A stretch of DNA of 64,000 nucleotides, from positions 1 to 64,000 of IMG/VR virus record IMGVR_UViG_3300022752_000026; one strand, written 5' to 3'. The translations under genes were made by a program, and so were the position numbers. The stretch's first letter is position 1. Every line of letters begins with the position of its first letter. Below, one piece after another: positions 39,290 to 49,341 of this stretch. The notes beneath the pieces were generated by a model. The model had not been told where the DNA came from and ran no database searches. It saw nothing but the letters and a program-made list of their open reading frames with translations. The stretch is from a virus.

Positions 39290-39534
39290 TGAAGGTAACT
39301 GTTTACACAATGCCTCATTGCGCACAATGTGACATGACTAAAAAACTACTGACTAGAGATAATGTCGTATTTTCTGAAGTTGATGTAAGCATAGACACCG
39401 AGGCATACGACTACATAACCTCTCTAGGCTATAAACAGGCCCCAGTTGTTGTAGTCAACGATGACCTGCATTGGTCTGGGTTTAGGGTAGATAAGATTGC
39501 TTTTCTAAGAAGTCTTGACCTAGGCTCTAACTAA
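39289..39534 (+). CDS. nrdH: NrdH-like glutaredoxin
   Basis: VTVYT..CAQC...LGYKQAPVV...HWSGFR; coupled to the RNR gene. Confidence 0.9.
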   Translation: MKVTVYTMPHCAQCDMTKKLLTRDNVVFSEVDVSIDTEAYDYITSLGYKQAPVVVVNDDLHWSGFRVDKIAFLRSLDLGSN

Positions 39535-39579
39535 AACCTGTAGACTAAGGCTCCATTTCAATACCTAAGGAGTAGTCCC

Positions 39580-39969
39580 GTGTCAGTAGAACACAAACAC
39601 ATCCTCATCAACGCACGGGTCAATAACCCGCTCAATCGCTTTGAGGAAGCAATAGAGTTTTTGAATGATTTAGTAGACCGAGTTGGAATGAAGGTTCTTA
39701 TGGGGCCTCATGCTACCTATGTCAGCACTCCAGGAAATCAGGGAGTTACAGCAATCGTTGGCATTGAGACCAGCCATATTGCTTTCCACGTCTGGGACGA
39801 AGAGATGCCAGCAAGACTTCAGTTTGACCTCTATACCTGTGGTTCTCTAGATAAGGACGTTGTCCTAGAAGCAGTTCATCGTAAATTTGACGTTGTTAGC
39901 GCCGACTACCGAATCTACGATAGAGAGACTGGTTTCGTGCTTCTAGAAGAGGGAACTCTTCCTTCTTAA
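39580..39969 (+). CDS. speD: S-adenosylmethionine decarboxylase proenzyme
   Basis: GVTAIVGIETSHIAFHVW...FDLYTCG. Confidence 0.85.
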   Translation: MSVEHKHILINARVNNPLNRFEEAIEFLNDLVDRVGMKVLMGPHATYVSTPGNQGVTAIVGIETSHIAFHVWDEEMPARLQFDLYTCGSLDKDVVLEAVHRKFDVVSADYRIYDRETGFVLLEEGTLPS

Positions 39970-40019
39970 CCAAAATCACCATCTCCGTCCAACAGTAAAA
40001 TTGTCTACTGGAGGACACG

Positions 40020-40250
40020 ATGTCAAAACGATTTTTAGCACTAACCCTTGTCTGCCTGACTCTCACAGGTTGTGGCTACCAAGGGACATATCGCTACCCA
40101 TGTCAGAACCCTGCCAACTGGGAAAAAGCGGAGTGTAAGCCACCTATCTGTGAAGTGGCTGGAACATGTCCAGAAGACATTGTTGGCGAAGACATTGTAA
40201 ATCCACCGACAGATGCAACCACAACGGACGGGACAACAAACAATGGCTAA
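40020..40250 (+). CDS. Cys-rich lipoprotein
   Basis: Lipobox LTGC; YRYPCQNP..W...EC.PPIC...GTCP. Confidence 0.75.
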   Translation: MSKRFLALTLVCLTLTGCGYQGTYRYPCQNPANWEKAECKPPICEVAGTCPEDIVGEDIVNPPTDATTTDGTTNNG

Positions 40251-40686
40251 ACAGCGCCTTACTCCATCAGAACTAGATGCTCGCTTAAAGTTTATTTTAG
40301 GTATCACTCTAGGAGCAATCCTTTTACTTACAGCAGTAGGAATTCTTTACGGACTTCTATTTGTCTCGCAGCCAATCAATGCGCAGTCAGAAAATGACAA
40401 GATGTTCTTCAATGTTCTTGGTTCCGTTGCCACGTTCATTACAGGAACTTTGGCTGGTCTTTTGATTGGTCAGTCTGGTGCTAAAGACATTATGTCGGCA
40501 CAACTAGCAAACAAAGAGATGGACGCTAAAAACACTCAGGCAGATAAAAAACTTGAGTCAGAACTTGAAATTGCAGAAAAGAAAGTTGATGCTGAGATTG
40601 ACGCTACTCGCGCTCGCTTAGCAGCAAAACCAGATGGCGCAATGCCACAAGAACAACCAGTAGACACTGACTGGGATAAGGAGTAA
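40243..40686 (+). CDS. Two-TM membrane protein with coiled-coil tail (lysis region)
   Basis: Two hydrophobic helices; overlaps the lipoprotein gene. Confidence 0.7.
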   Translation: MAKQRLTPSELDARLKFILGITLGAILLLTAVGILYGLLFVSQPINAQSENDKMFFNVLGSVATFITGTLAGLLIGQSGAKDIMSAQLANKEMDAKNTQADKKLESELEIAEKKVDAEIDATRARLAAKPDGAMPQEQPVDTDWDKE

Positions 40687-40688
40687 TC

Positions 40689-40859
40689 ATGGGAGCCCTA
40701 AGAGCAGCAGCAAAAGCAGCAGCAGAAGCAGCAGCAGCAAAAGCAGCAGAGACAGCAAAAGCAGAAGCAGAACGTGCTGCCCTTGCTGAAAAGGCTAAGT
40801 CAGAAAAGGCAAAAGAAAAAGCCAAGGACTCTTTTGATGATGAAGAGGATGAAGACTAA
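40689..40859 (+). CDS. 56 aa Ala/Lys/Glu-rich peptide
   Basis: AAGGAG RBS; fills the gap before the endolysin. Confidence 0.55.
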   Translation: MGALRAAAKAAAEAAAAKAAETAKAEAERAALAEKAKSEKAKEKAKDSFDDEEDED

Positions 40860-40861
40860 TT

Positions 40862-41515
40862 ATGGCTGTAGATGACTTTCCAGTTCCAGCACCTTCTGAC
40901 GCTAAACCTCAAGGTAGCGTTGCTCGCTTTGTGCAGGTTGCTAAGTCTCAAGTTGGATACATTGAAGGTCCAAAAGATAACGAGACAAAGTATGGAGCAT
41001 ACACAAAAGCCAACTTTCAACCTTGGTGCGGTTCTTTCGTAAACTGGTGTGCAAACGAAGCAGGAGTAAAAATTCCTAATACTGTTTACACTCCAGGTGG
41101 AGCAGCAGCGTTCAAAAAGGCTGGACAGTGGATTGATGTAGATGTTGCTGACCCAGAAGCAGGAGATATTGCCTATTTTGATTTCCCATCAGATGGCGTT
41201 GATAGAATTTCACATGTCGGAATTGTTATTGAAGACAATGAAGATGGAACCGTTTGGTGCATTGAAGGCAATACAACTGGTGATGGCAAAAAAGGTAGCC
41301 AACGAAATGGCGGCGAGGCTTGCAAAAAACTTCGTGCTTATAAGAAAAACAAAGCAGGAGTAATGATTTCTATTGTTGGCTTTGGTCGTCCTAAGTTCAA
41401 AGCAGGTGGTTCAGCATCCGCTCCTTCTAGTTCTACAAAGGCAGCACCATCAACCGAGCAGAAAATAGCACCTAAAAAGAAGACATGCTCAGAATGTGGT
41501 CAGGAAATTAAGTAA
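40862..41515 (+). CDS. CHAP-domain endolysin/amidase
   Basis: SQVGYIEG..NETKYG...QPWCGSFVNW...GDIAYFDF...SHVGIV...IEGNT. Confidence 0.9.
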   Translation: MAVDDFPVPAPSDAKPQGSVARFVQVAKSQVGYIEGPKDNETKYGAYTKANFQPWCGSFVNWCANEAGVKIPNTVYTPGGAAAFKKAGQWIDVDVADPEAGDIAYFDFPSDGVDRISHVGIVIEDNEDGTVWCIEGNTTGDGKKGSQRNGGEACKKLRAYKKNKAGVMISIVGFGRPKFKAGGSASAPSSSTKAAPSTEQKIAPKKKTCSECGQEIK

Positions 41516-41748
41516 TGAAGACAAAAGATAGAGTTATTTATGTTCTTGCGTTATTTGTAGGTCTTGCTGTAATCCTTGCAATTGTTGGAGATTACTGGAC
41601 TGCATACGAAGAAACAAAAGCAACTGGAGAGTCTGTAGAGGTTTCTTCAGAGGTTATGACTCTAGTTCAAACAGCACTTGGTGGTCTCATCGGAATCATC
41701 GGTGGGTATTTTGGTGCTAAAGGCTCTAAGAAAGATGACGAGGAATAA
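41515..41748 (+). CDS. Two-TM holin-like protein
   Basis: Two TM helices, IGGYFG and a charged tail; coupled to the endolysin. Confidence 0.6.
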   Translation: MKTKDRVIYVLALFVGLAVILAIVGDYWTAYEETKATGESVEVSSEVMTLVQTALGGLIGIIGGYFGAKGSKKDDEE

Positions 41749-41753
41749 TAAGA

Positions 41754-42164
41754 ATGTATATCTATCGTGTAAGAAAAGTCCACAAAGTTGTTGATGGTGA
41801 CACTATTGATGTAGACATTGACCTAGGTTTCAACGTCTCTTACTACCAACGTGTTCGTCTTGCTGGAATTGATACTCCAGAGTCTCGCACAACTGATGCT
41901 TACGAGAAAAAACTTGGTCTTGAAGTAAAAGAAAAACTAAAGCACCTTCTTGAGGGCTGCGAAGATATTGTTATCAAGACTCAAAAACCAGACTCAACTG
42001 AAAAGTATGGTCGCATCCTTGGATGGCTTTATCTCAACGGAGCAGAGCAATCTGTAAATGAAGCCCTTGTTGCTGGCGGTTATGCTTGGTCATATATGGG
42101 CGAAACAAAGATTAAAGACTTTGCTGCTCTAGAAGCCAAGCGAAAGGCTTCTGGAACGCTATAG
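41754..42164 (+). CDS. Thermonuclease (staphylococcal nuclease-like)
   Basis: KVVDGDTID...RVRLAGIDTPE...EKYGRILG...VNEALV..GYA. Confidence 0.92.
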   Translation: MYIYRVRKVHKVVDGDTIDVDIDLGFNVSYYQRVRLAGIDTPESRTTDAYEKKLGLEVKEKLKHLLEGCEDIVIKTQKPDSTEKYGRILGWLYLNGAEQSVNEALVAGGYAWSYMGETKIKDFAALEAKRKASGTL

Positions 42165-42268
42165 TTCTCTAATGAGAGAACTTTTTCTTACACTTATTTT
42201 CCCTATCTACTGCTGGGTAGCGGGGATGGTTGTCATGTATATCTGGATGAAACACGGAAAGAAGTAAA

Positions 42269-42436
42269 GTGGCAATTTATGAATACCAGTGCGAGCACTG
42301 CCAAAAACTTGAAGAAACACAAATTCATTTTGAAGTTGGTCCAGATTGCCCTAATTGTTTTAGAACAATGAAAAGGGTGTGGAGTTCTCCCGCTGTGCAC
42401 TTTAAGGGCAAGGGGTTTTACTCCACTGGAGGATAG
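42269..42436 (+). CDS. FmdB-family zinc ribbon protein (not in ORF track)
   Basis: MAIYEYQCEHC...CPNC...MKRVWSSPAVHFKGKGFYSTGG. Confidence 0.85.
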   Translation: MAIYEYQCEHCQKLEETQIHFEVGPDCPNCFRTMKRVWSSPAVHFKGKGFYSTGG

Positions 42437-42610
42437 TTACTTAGTTCCCGCTAATCTTGGGTTAGGAACTTTTTTCATTCTGTAGCGTCCGCGCTTTTCA
42501 TTGAAGACAAGCGTCCAGATAGTTTTCTTATACGCTTTACCGCAGGGGCGATTAGCCCCACTCATTACTTTTGCGGGAGCCGAAGCGCCACCAGATTTTC
42601 CTTTAGCCAT
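42437..42610 (-). CDS. 57 aa basic leaderless peptide (not in ORF track)
   Basis: TAGAAT 6 nt before ATG; MAKGKSGGASAPAKVMSGANRPCGK... Confidence 0.5.
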   Translation of the reverse strand: MAKGKSGGASAPAKVMSGANRPCGKAYKKTIWTLVFNEKRGRYRMKKVPNPRLAGTK

Positions 42611-42656
42611 AAGAGAATTCTAGAGCATAATGTGTTAATGTATGTGAATAAAACAC

Positions 42657-42730
42657 GCGGACGTTGCATATCGGTAGTGCCTCTGCCTTCCAAGCAGAAG
42701 GGGTGGGTTCAATTCCCATCGTCCGCTCCA
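42657..42730 (+). tRNA. tRNA-Gly (anticodon TCC)
   Basis: GCGGACG/CGTCCGC acceptor stem, TCTGC-CTTCCAA-GCAGA anticodon arm, GGTTCAATTCC T arm and encoded CCA. Confidence 0.95.
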
Positions 42731-42781
42731 ATTTGACGTGTCGCACTAATAAGGTAGGAACTAAACAGTTAAAATTATGTT

Positions 42782-43018
42782 ATGAGTGAGACAGTCTTTG
42801 ATGTAGACACCGACACGTTACTTATAGATGACACGGGTGAACATGACCGTTTTGCTCACTATGTTGAAAAAGAGGCTGCTACTCGTTCCATGGTTTATGG
42901 AGAACCAGTAATCGCCCTCTGCGGAAAAATCTGGGTTCCTTCTCGTGACCCAGAGAAATACCCAATCTGTCCTACATGTAAAGACCTTTTCAAAATGATG
43001 TCAGACGGAGGCAACTAA
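42782..43018 (+). CDS. DUF3039 family protein (actinobacterial), leaderless
   Basis: EHDRFAHYV...VIALCGKIWVPSRDPEKYPICPTCK. Confidence 0.9.
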   Translation: MSETVFDVDTDTLLIDDTGEHDRFAHYVEKEAATRSMVYGEPVIALCGKIWVPSRDPEKYPICPTCKDLFKMMSDGGN

Positions 43019-43019
43019 C

Positions 43020-43247
43020 ATGATAGGAACAGAGGCTCCAGAGACTATGAAAGTTATTGGACCACTTGAGCGCTGTGACAGATGCATCGCTAAGGCTGTC
43101 TTTATGGTTGTTTTCAACAACGGTGATTTGTATTTCTGCGCCCATCATTTCAGAGAACACGAAGATAACTTTATAGAGTCTGCTCTAGATATTTATGATG
43201 AGCACGACGAAGTTCTAGTTAATCCTTCTGCTCTGGACGAGGAGTAG
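43020..43247 (+). CDS. Small actinobacterial-type zinc-binding protein
   Basis: ERCDRC.AKA...GDLYFCAHH...HE. Confidence 0.75.
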   Translation: MIGTEAPETMKVIGPLERCDRCIAKAVFMVVFNNGDLYFCAHHFREHEDNFIESALDIYDEHDEVLVNPSALDEE

Positions 43248-43533
43248 ATTTCTTTTTAGGACTCTGCTCGTGGATGTATTCCCTCAACGAATGCATTCTA
43301 AAGTAGGCATCACCGCCACCATCAAGTATGGTCAAAATTTCTTCAATAACTTGCTTGCGTGCTTTAGCACATCCATTACAAGGACACTTCCACCGAGTCA
43401 TATAGACATCCACCCCTCATATCCAGCATCGGGGTTTGCTTCTTTCCACTCTTTCATTTTTTGATTTTCTTCAGCCCAATTCATTCTATGACTTGGCGCT
43501 CCACAAAAATCACAAGGGTCGCACTTTACTTCT

Positions 43534-44466
43534 TCATAAACGTGACGACAGATAGGAAAATCCACCATCTCTTACACCTATTCTTTCACGAGCGATTGTT
43601 GCATAGTCGGGGTTCAGTTCTATACCCACAAAGTTTCTTTCGTGACGTAAAGAAACAACGCCCACTGTCCCAGAGCCAGCAAATGGGTCTAGAACTAAAC
43701 CACCGACACGGCTTCCAGCAAGAACGCATGGTTCCACGAGTTCTTCTGGCATGACAGCAAAATGCGCTCCAGGAAACGGTTTAGTTTTTACAAACCAAAC
43801 ATCCCTTTTGTTTCTTTTGCCATCATAAATCTTATAAACAGGCGGTCTTGCATTTACTCCTGGAATTCCTTGGCGTTCAACAGAACCCTTAGCGCCTTTA
43901 GTTCCAGCAGGAATAACGCCATCTTCTTTTATTGCTTCGCTATCAAAATAGTATTTATTTGATTTACTAAGTAAAAACACATACTCATGTGACTTAGTGC
44001 ATCGGTCTTTTACACTTTCAGGCATTGGATTTGGTTTTGCCCAGATAATGTCCTGTCTGAGATACCAACCATCTGCTCGTAAAGCAAAAGCAAGCATCCA
44101 AGGAATTCCAACTAAATCTTTTGGTTTAGTTCCTTCGGGGACAAGTCCACCAGTTTTATGCTCAAGGTGTCGCTCGTTGTGCTTCTTTCCTAGGTTTCCA
44201 GCAGGTCCTTTTCCAGAACCAGAATAACTATCCCCAATATTGAGCCACAAAGTTCCATCATCTTTGAGAACTCTTTTTACTTCTCTAAAGACTTCAACCA
44301 TCTTGGCTACATACTCGTTTGGGTCTTCTTCTAGACCAATCTGTCCGTCATTGTTGTAATCACGCAAACCCCAATAAGGAGGAGAAGTAACGCAGGTATC
44401 TACTGTTCCGCTTTCAATTTCAGCAATCTTGGCAAGAACATCTCCTACTTTTATTTCATAGCCCAT
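43534..44466 (-). CDS. DNA methyltransferase (N4-C/N6-A, beta class)
   Basis: VTSPPYW catalytic motif before the VLDPFAGSGT SAM-binding motif; HFAVMP. Confidence 0.93.
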   Translation of the reverse strand: MGYEIKVGDVLAKIAEIESGTVDTCVTSPPYWGLRDYNNDGQIGLEEDPNEYVAKMVEVFREVKRVLKDDGTLWLNIGDSYSGSGKGPAGNLGKKHNERHLEHKTGGLVPEGTKPKDLVGIPWMLAFALRADGWYLRQDIIWAKPNPMPESVKDRCTKSHEYVFLLSKSNKYYFDSEAIKEDGVIPAGTKGAKGSVERQGIPGVNARPPVYKIYDGKRNKRDVWFVKTKPFPGAHFAVMPEELVEPCVLAGSRVGGLVLDPFAGSGTVGVVSLRHERNFVGIELNPDYATIARERIGVRDGGFSYLSSRL

Positions 44467-45457
44467 TGACAGCAGCCACCCTTCTCTTTGCTATCTCAAC
44501 ATACTCTTCATTTTGGTCAATTCCAATAAAGGAGTAACCATCAATAACTGCCGCTCTACCCGTTGAGCCAGAACCCATAAATGGGTCAAGCACAACTCCA
44601 GCAGAAGGAGTAATCAAGCGTACCAAGTAGCGCATCAATTCTGTGGGTTTGACAGTCGGGTGAGTGTTCTTTTCTTCTCCCATTCCGTCATTTCTTTCTT
44701 TAGTGTTTGCTTTAGCGCAGTAGAAGAATCTTGCGGCGCTACCGTCATCTCCCATTGCCCTGAATCCACCTTCAGTTTCTTGACCAGATGCAAAAGTTGT
44801 TGATACTGCTTTTCCACGCTTGGCTGGATACGCTCCGCCCTTCGCTCTTGGGAACAACTTAGTGACCTCGTCACTCCCGTCGTGAATAAGATTTGCTGGA
44901 TAACGACCTTTGGTATTCATCTCCTGTGTGTATTCAGGATTTTTAAGTTGTCCGAATCCAGACCAATCTTCAAGTTTATTGATAGGAACAGGCTCACCTG
45001 GCACTCGTGATAGTTCTATGTTAAGAGCCCCAACTCCCCACTTCTTCAAGTTGTTCTCAACTGTTCCTTCTAACGGTTTTCTTGCTAACGCAATCGGTTC
45101 ATGGGCAGGTTTCAAAGCAGTTCCAAGTCCATCACCAACACTCAAAGATTTAGGAAACCCCTGTGCGTAGACCCACATAATTTGGTCACGAATTTCAAAA
45201 CCAGCATCTTCAATCGCACAGACCATGCGGTGATAAGTCCGAGACCCACTAAAAACTAAAATATGCCCACCAGGTTTGATAGCGGCGAGCGCTTTTTTCC
45301 ACACATCAACATTGAAAGCAATTCCTGTGGAATCCCACTTCTTACCCATAAACCCAAGTTCGTATGGAGGGTCGGTGACTATTGCATCAATGCTGTTAGG
45401 TTCTAAAGAATCTAGAACATCCAAACAGTCGCCATGGAGAAACCGAATCACCCACAA
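44456..45457 (-). CDS. DNA methyltransferase (N6-A/N4-C, beta class)
   Basis: VTDPPY, HPTVKP and VLDPFMGSGSTG motifs. Confidence 0.93.
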   Translation of the reverse strand: MWVIRFLHGDCLDVLDSLEPNSIDAIVTDPPYELGFMGKKWDSTGIAFNVDVWKKALAAIKPGGHILVFSGSRTYHRMVCAIEDAGFEIRDQIMWVYAQGFPKSLSVGDGLGTALKPAHEPIALARKPLEGTVENNLKKWGVGALNIELSRVPGEPVPINKLEDWSGFGQLKNPEYTQEMNTKGRYPANLIHDGSDEVTKLFPRAKGGAYPAKRGKAVSTTFASGQETEGGFRAMGDDGSAARFFYCAKANTKERNDGMGEEKNTHPTVKPTELMRYLVRLITPSAGVVLDPFMGSGSTGRAAVIDGYSFIGIDQNEEYVEIAKRRVAAVNGL

Positions 45458-45462
45458 ACCTT

Positions 45463-45529
45463 AACACAAACACACAACTCACTTCCCCGTTTTCCCTCCG
45501 TTTCTTATAACGGAATGAAGGCGCGAAGA
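45463..45529 (+). repeat. Dispersed ~70 bp element, copy 1
   Basis: AC-rich tract, pyrimidine tract, then core TAACGGAATGAAGGCGCGAA at 45508-45527. Confidence 0.9.
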
Positions 45530-45531
45530 AA

Positions 45532-45933
45532 TCAATCATCCATCATAGAGATGCCAAGTTTGTCTATCTGTAAAAGAAAACTAAAGTGTTGACCAATCAA
45601 TTCAATACTTACATCATCAATACTCATAAATCTATCTGCTGGTTCAATCTCCCAAAATCGTTCCATCTCTGGTTCGGTATATGTTGGTCTTATGTAGTTG
45701 ACAGAGTGATTAACAAAATATTGGGGGCGAAGGTTAAAGTCTCCACTTATCTCAGGGTTACTGGCTATTTTTACAGTTCCAGCGCAGATGATTGCCCATT
45801 TTTTGGTAGCGCCTCGGATATACATAAACAGGTTTTCACCACCGTCGTCCACCCCTTCAATAGAGTAAGAAACAATTTCTCCATGAAGTTGGTTCCAAAT
45901 TCGGTCCGTGTCTGCTTTATCAGTCTTAATCAT
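45532..45933 (-). CDS. Hypothetical protein
   Basis: ORF track; divergent from 45961. Confidence 0.6.
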   Translation of the reverse strand: MIKTDKADTDRIWNQLHGEIVSYSIEGVDDGGENLFMYIRGATKKWAIICAGTVKIASNPEISGDFNLRPQYFVNHSVNYIRPTYTEPEMERFWEIEPADRFMSIDDVSIELIGQHFSFLLQIDKLGISMMDD

Positions 45934-45960
45934 CTCTGAAGACTACACTAAAATATATAC

Positions 45961-46233
45961 ATGGAAGAGCGAAACGACGAGTATTACAACAAGGAATTCA
46001 TAAAAATGGTCCTTGACTCTGGATACCGTACGGACAAAGAAGATTTTGTCATGGAAGTTCTCACAAGTCTTTATAACTATATGTCTGAAAAAACTAGCCT
46101 TGCTCCAGAACGACTCACAGACTACATTCAAGAAGTAACCAAGATAGTTGGAGCCCAACATGTTCAGACTCTTAGCGTTGACGAGATGGTTGACTGGATA
46201 AACTGGCTCTTAGAGCAGAGAAACGAAAAGTAA
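45961..46233 (+). CDS. Hypothetical protein, leaderless
   Basis: TAAAAT 6 nt before ATG. Confidence 0.65.
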   Translation: MEERNDEYYNKEFIKMVLDSGYRTDKEDFVMEVLTSLYNYMSEKTSLAPERLTDYIQEVTKIVGAQHVQTLSVDEMVDWINWLLEQRNEK

Positions 46234-46350
46234 CACATTTATCTTTTTTAGAGTAATTTGTCAGGGAAGTATGTTAAGACAAGTTGCAGTCTTTGCAAAT
46301 CTCTACTAAACTATAAGCAAATGACTCAAACACGAAAGGATATTTCAATA

Positions 46351-46911
46351 ATGTCTAGCCCATATACAAAAATTAATCACACTTTGCCAAAAGAGGTTTA
46401 CAAGGCATTTGAAGAGATTGGCGACGACATTGAGAAGCGCAATGCCTACATTGCCGCTCTACGCAATGGTCAGTGGAGTCTTCAGTCAATTGCTGATGCT
46501 GTTGGCTTTACCCGCGAGCGCATTCGTCAAATCTGCGAAGTGACATCTGTTCCAACAAACATTTCATACTCAATTCCAACTCCTCCACTCAAGCCAGTCA
46601 AAGAAAAGCGTGTTCTTCCAGAACCAGACCAGAAGAGCATTGAGCGTCTACTCAAACTTCAGCCAATGGCTCAGCAAGTTCGTTCACACTCAACAAAGTT
46701 CCGTAAGGAAGCAGAGGAATACTCCGCGCTTGTTTACAAGGTTTACAAGGAAGATGGAGTTTCATTGTTCCGTCTTGCTAAGTATCTTGGAGTAACTCAT
46801 GGTGCTCTTCGTTTCCGAATGGCTCGCTATGGATACATCAAGACTAAGAATCCAAAAAGCAGTTGCTACCAACCAATCCTTGAGAAGAATCGCTATGTCC
46901 TCAAATCATAG
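46351..46911 (+). CDS. Double HTH DNA-binding protein (paralog family)
   Basis: LRNGQWSLQSIADAVGFTRERIRQI and DGVSLFRLAKYLGVTHGALRFRMARYGY; shares LQP.AQQVRS.S.KFR.EAEEYS with 7804-8439. Confidence 0.8.
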   Translation: MSSPYTKINHTLPKEVYKAFEEIGDDIEKRNAYIAALRNGQWSLQSIADAVGFTRERIRQICEVTSVPTNISYSIPTPPLKPVKEKRVLPEPDQKSIERLLKLQPMAQQVRSHSTKFRKEAEEYSALVYKVYKEDGVSLFRLAKYLGVTHGALRFRMARYGYIKTKNPKSSCYQPILEKNRYVLKS

Positions 46912-47087
46912 TTTGGAGCCTAAGTTCGGCTGGGGACACCAGCAAGCACTTGAAGACTATAAAGAAGAACTTGCTAAGAAAGTTGAGTCTTTATATGTTG
47001 ATAGTAGTTGGCGTCCCCAGGAAGTTATCAATGCTGTTGTAAGGATGATTAGGCAGTCATAATAGAAGGACGGGGTAGAATACTCTA

Positions 47088-48299
47088 ATGCGAGATAAAA
47101 CCCCGAATGTAAAAGCCAACGGCTATGGCTCGTTCCGAACCGATATGTTCGGACGTATCAAAATTTCAGAGGGTTTTACAATCTTTGACTCTAGTCATCG
47201 TTACAGTCAAAATGGAGACTTTAGCGATGTAACTGAAGTTGGTGGAACTGTATCCCATGCTACATATGAAAGTACGGCTCTTTTAAGTGTCACTGGTCAA
47301 AGCGGTTCTTATGTTTACAGAGAATCTAAAAAAGTTTTTCCTTATCAGCCAGGAAAAGCACTTCAAGTTCTTCAGACTTTTTGCTTTGCTCCTTCCCACT
47401 CAAATCTTAGACAAAGAGTTGGCTACTATGGAAGACAGAATGGCTTTTATCTAGAGCAAGATGGAACTAATGTTTATTTTGTAAGACGTTCTTATGTTAC
47501 TGGCTCAATTGTAGAAACTAGGGTTGCTCAGGCTGACTGGAATGTTGACCCACTTAATGGTTCTGGTCCTAGCGACTTGCTTCTTGATTTATCTAAAGTT
47601 CAAATTTTATGGTCAGAATATGAATGGTTGGGCGCTGGCTCAGTTCGTTTAGGTTTTGTTATTGACGGATACTTTATTATTTGTCACCAATTTAACCACG
47701 CAAATGTAGAGACAGGTGTTTACATGACAACTGCTTCTCTTCCCGTTTCATACGAAATTTATAATAAGGCTGCAACAGGAATTTCTTCTACAATGAAACA
47801 AATATGTGTGTCTATTACTTCTAATGGAGGATTTTTACGACATACAGAGCGTTGGTCTGTAAAATCAAGTGCTAACGCTACAACAACATGGAAACCTCTT
47901 GTTTCTATAAGACTAGCACCAGGAAAAACAGACTCTGTAATCCTTCCAGCATCTGTTGGAATTATGGTTGGAACTTCGGCAAATACAGAGTGGGCAGTCT
48001 ATAAAAACGCAACAGTAACTAACGGAACTTGGGTCACTCACGATGGAACTCCTAATGTTGAATATGACGCGTCATCTACAGCAATCACAGGGGGAACCAT
48101 AATTCGTCAAGGATATTTTGCTGGGTCAAACCAAGGCTCTGGTTCAGTTGATATTAGTGATGGTTTTGGAACTTTTGATATGCAACTGGGGAGAACTAAT
48201 GCTGATACCCCTGTAAGCGATATTTTGACACTAGCCATAAGAACAGTTTCTGGTTCTGGAACCGTCTATGGCTCGCTATCTTTCTACGATTTGCTTTAG
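47088..48299 (+). CDS. Beta-rich conserved phage protein (possibly virion-associated), leaderless
   Basis: DMFGRIKIS...FPYQPGK...VAQADWNVDPLNGSGPS...EWLGAGSVRLGF; TAGAAT 6 nt upstream. Confidence 0.6.
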   Translation: MRDKTPNVKANGYGSFRTDMFGRIKISEGFTIFDSSHRYSQNGDFSDVTEVGGTVSHATYESTALLSVTGQSGSYVYRESKKVFPYQPGKALQVLQTFCFAPSHSNLRQRVGYYGRQNGFYLEQDGTNVYFVRRSYVTGSIVETRVAQADWNVDPLNGSGPSDLLLDLSKVQILWSEYEWLGAGSVRLGFVIDGYFIICHQFNHANVETGVYMTTASLPVSYEIYNKAATGISSTMKQICVSITSNGGFLRHTERWSVKSSANATTTWKPLVSIRLAPGKTDSVILPASVGIMVGTSANTEWAVYKNATVTNGTWVTHDGTPNVEYDASSTAITGGTIIRQGYFAGSNQGSGSVDISDGFGTFDMQLGRTNADTPVSDILTLAIRTVSGSGTVYGSLSFYDLL

Positions 48300-48326
48300 T
48301 TTATTCTAGGTTGTATTATTCAGGAG

Positions 48327-49257
48327 ATGAAGAAAAGAAAAATGAATTGTTCTCGCTGCCAAGTAGTTTTAGAAGAAACTGGTTTTGGTGGCTTTGACAA
48401 CATTCTTCGCGTTCGTTTAGAAGGCGGATACGCCGAATTTGTTGACGATATTGTCTACAGTTCTAGAGATAAAGTCAACTACCCTCTGTATCATGTTCTA
48501 TGTCATCAATGTGGACATGAACTGATGACGTGGCTAAAAGTGCCAGAAGACCAAATAAAACCTTGGCACCCTCTTGACGAGAACGAGCCTCTTTGTAAGG
48601 GTTGGGTTCATCAGAAAACTCTCTAAAATTAGTTGTCATAACCCATATCCTTGAAATATTTCATTCCCTCTTCTGTGGCACTAAAGTGAGCCGTTAGGTC
48701 TTCATCGTAATCTACTTTTACATAACCGTGCTCAAACAAGTTCATTAGGCCGTCATTTACTCCCTGCATGATTTCGTCATACATCTCTGGCATCAAAGAT
48801 TTCATCAATGGAAAGTTATAGACATAAGTAACTTCACCATCTTCATCAAACCCATCTTCTTCTAAGATACCAATTTCTATCAAATAGTCAACAAAGGCAT
48901 CTTCGTCGTCTGGGTCCATAGGCATGAAATCTTCCATTAACTCAACATACCACTGCTAGACTTATTCGTATGGCTTACGCACGGTTTCTTAAATCAGATA
49001 TTTACGTCATCATGTCTTCAGGTGGGTTTCTTTATTGTGTCACTTGTAGCCTTATAGATGACATGAATGGCGCAGGATATTCTGCGCACAACACTCAAGA
49101 CATGATTGACCACATCAAACAACATGAAAATTCTGGTCACAGAGTTCCAGAAAACATATACGAAGAACTGCTTAAAGATGACGCAGAAAACTTCCCAAAC
49201 CAAAACACACAAAACACACAACCCTCCCCCACTCCTCCTCCTCCGTTAACGGAATGA
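48327..49257. other. Three small hypothetical genes (48327-48626 +, 48629-48937 -, 48970-49257 +)
   Basis: ORF track. The last one has MAYARF..SDIYV....C..C, and its C-terminus is encoded by repeat copy 2. Confidence 0.65.
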
Positions 49258-49268
49258 AGGCGCGAAAA
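49201..49268 (+). repeat. Dispersed ~70 bp element, copy 2
   Basis: Core TAACGGAATGAAGGCGCGAA at 49247-49266, preceded by AC and C/T tracts. Confidence 0.9.
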
Positions 49269-49341
49269 AACACACTTTTCATTGTATAAGTAAATAATAA
49301 GCACAAATCACTTTTTCTTTTTAGCCTTACTCTTATAGTTA

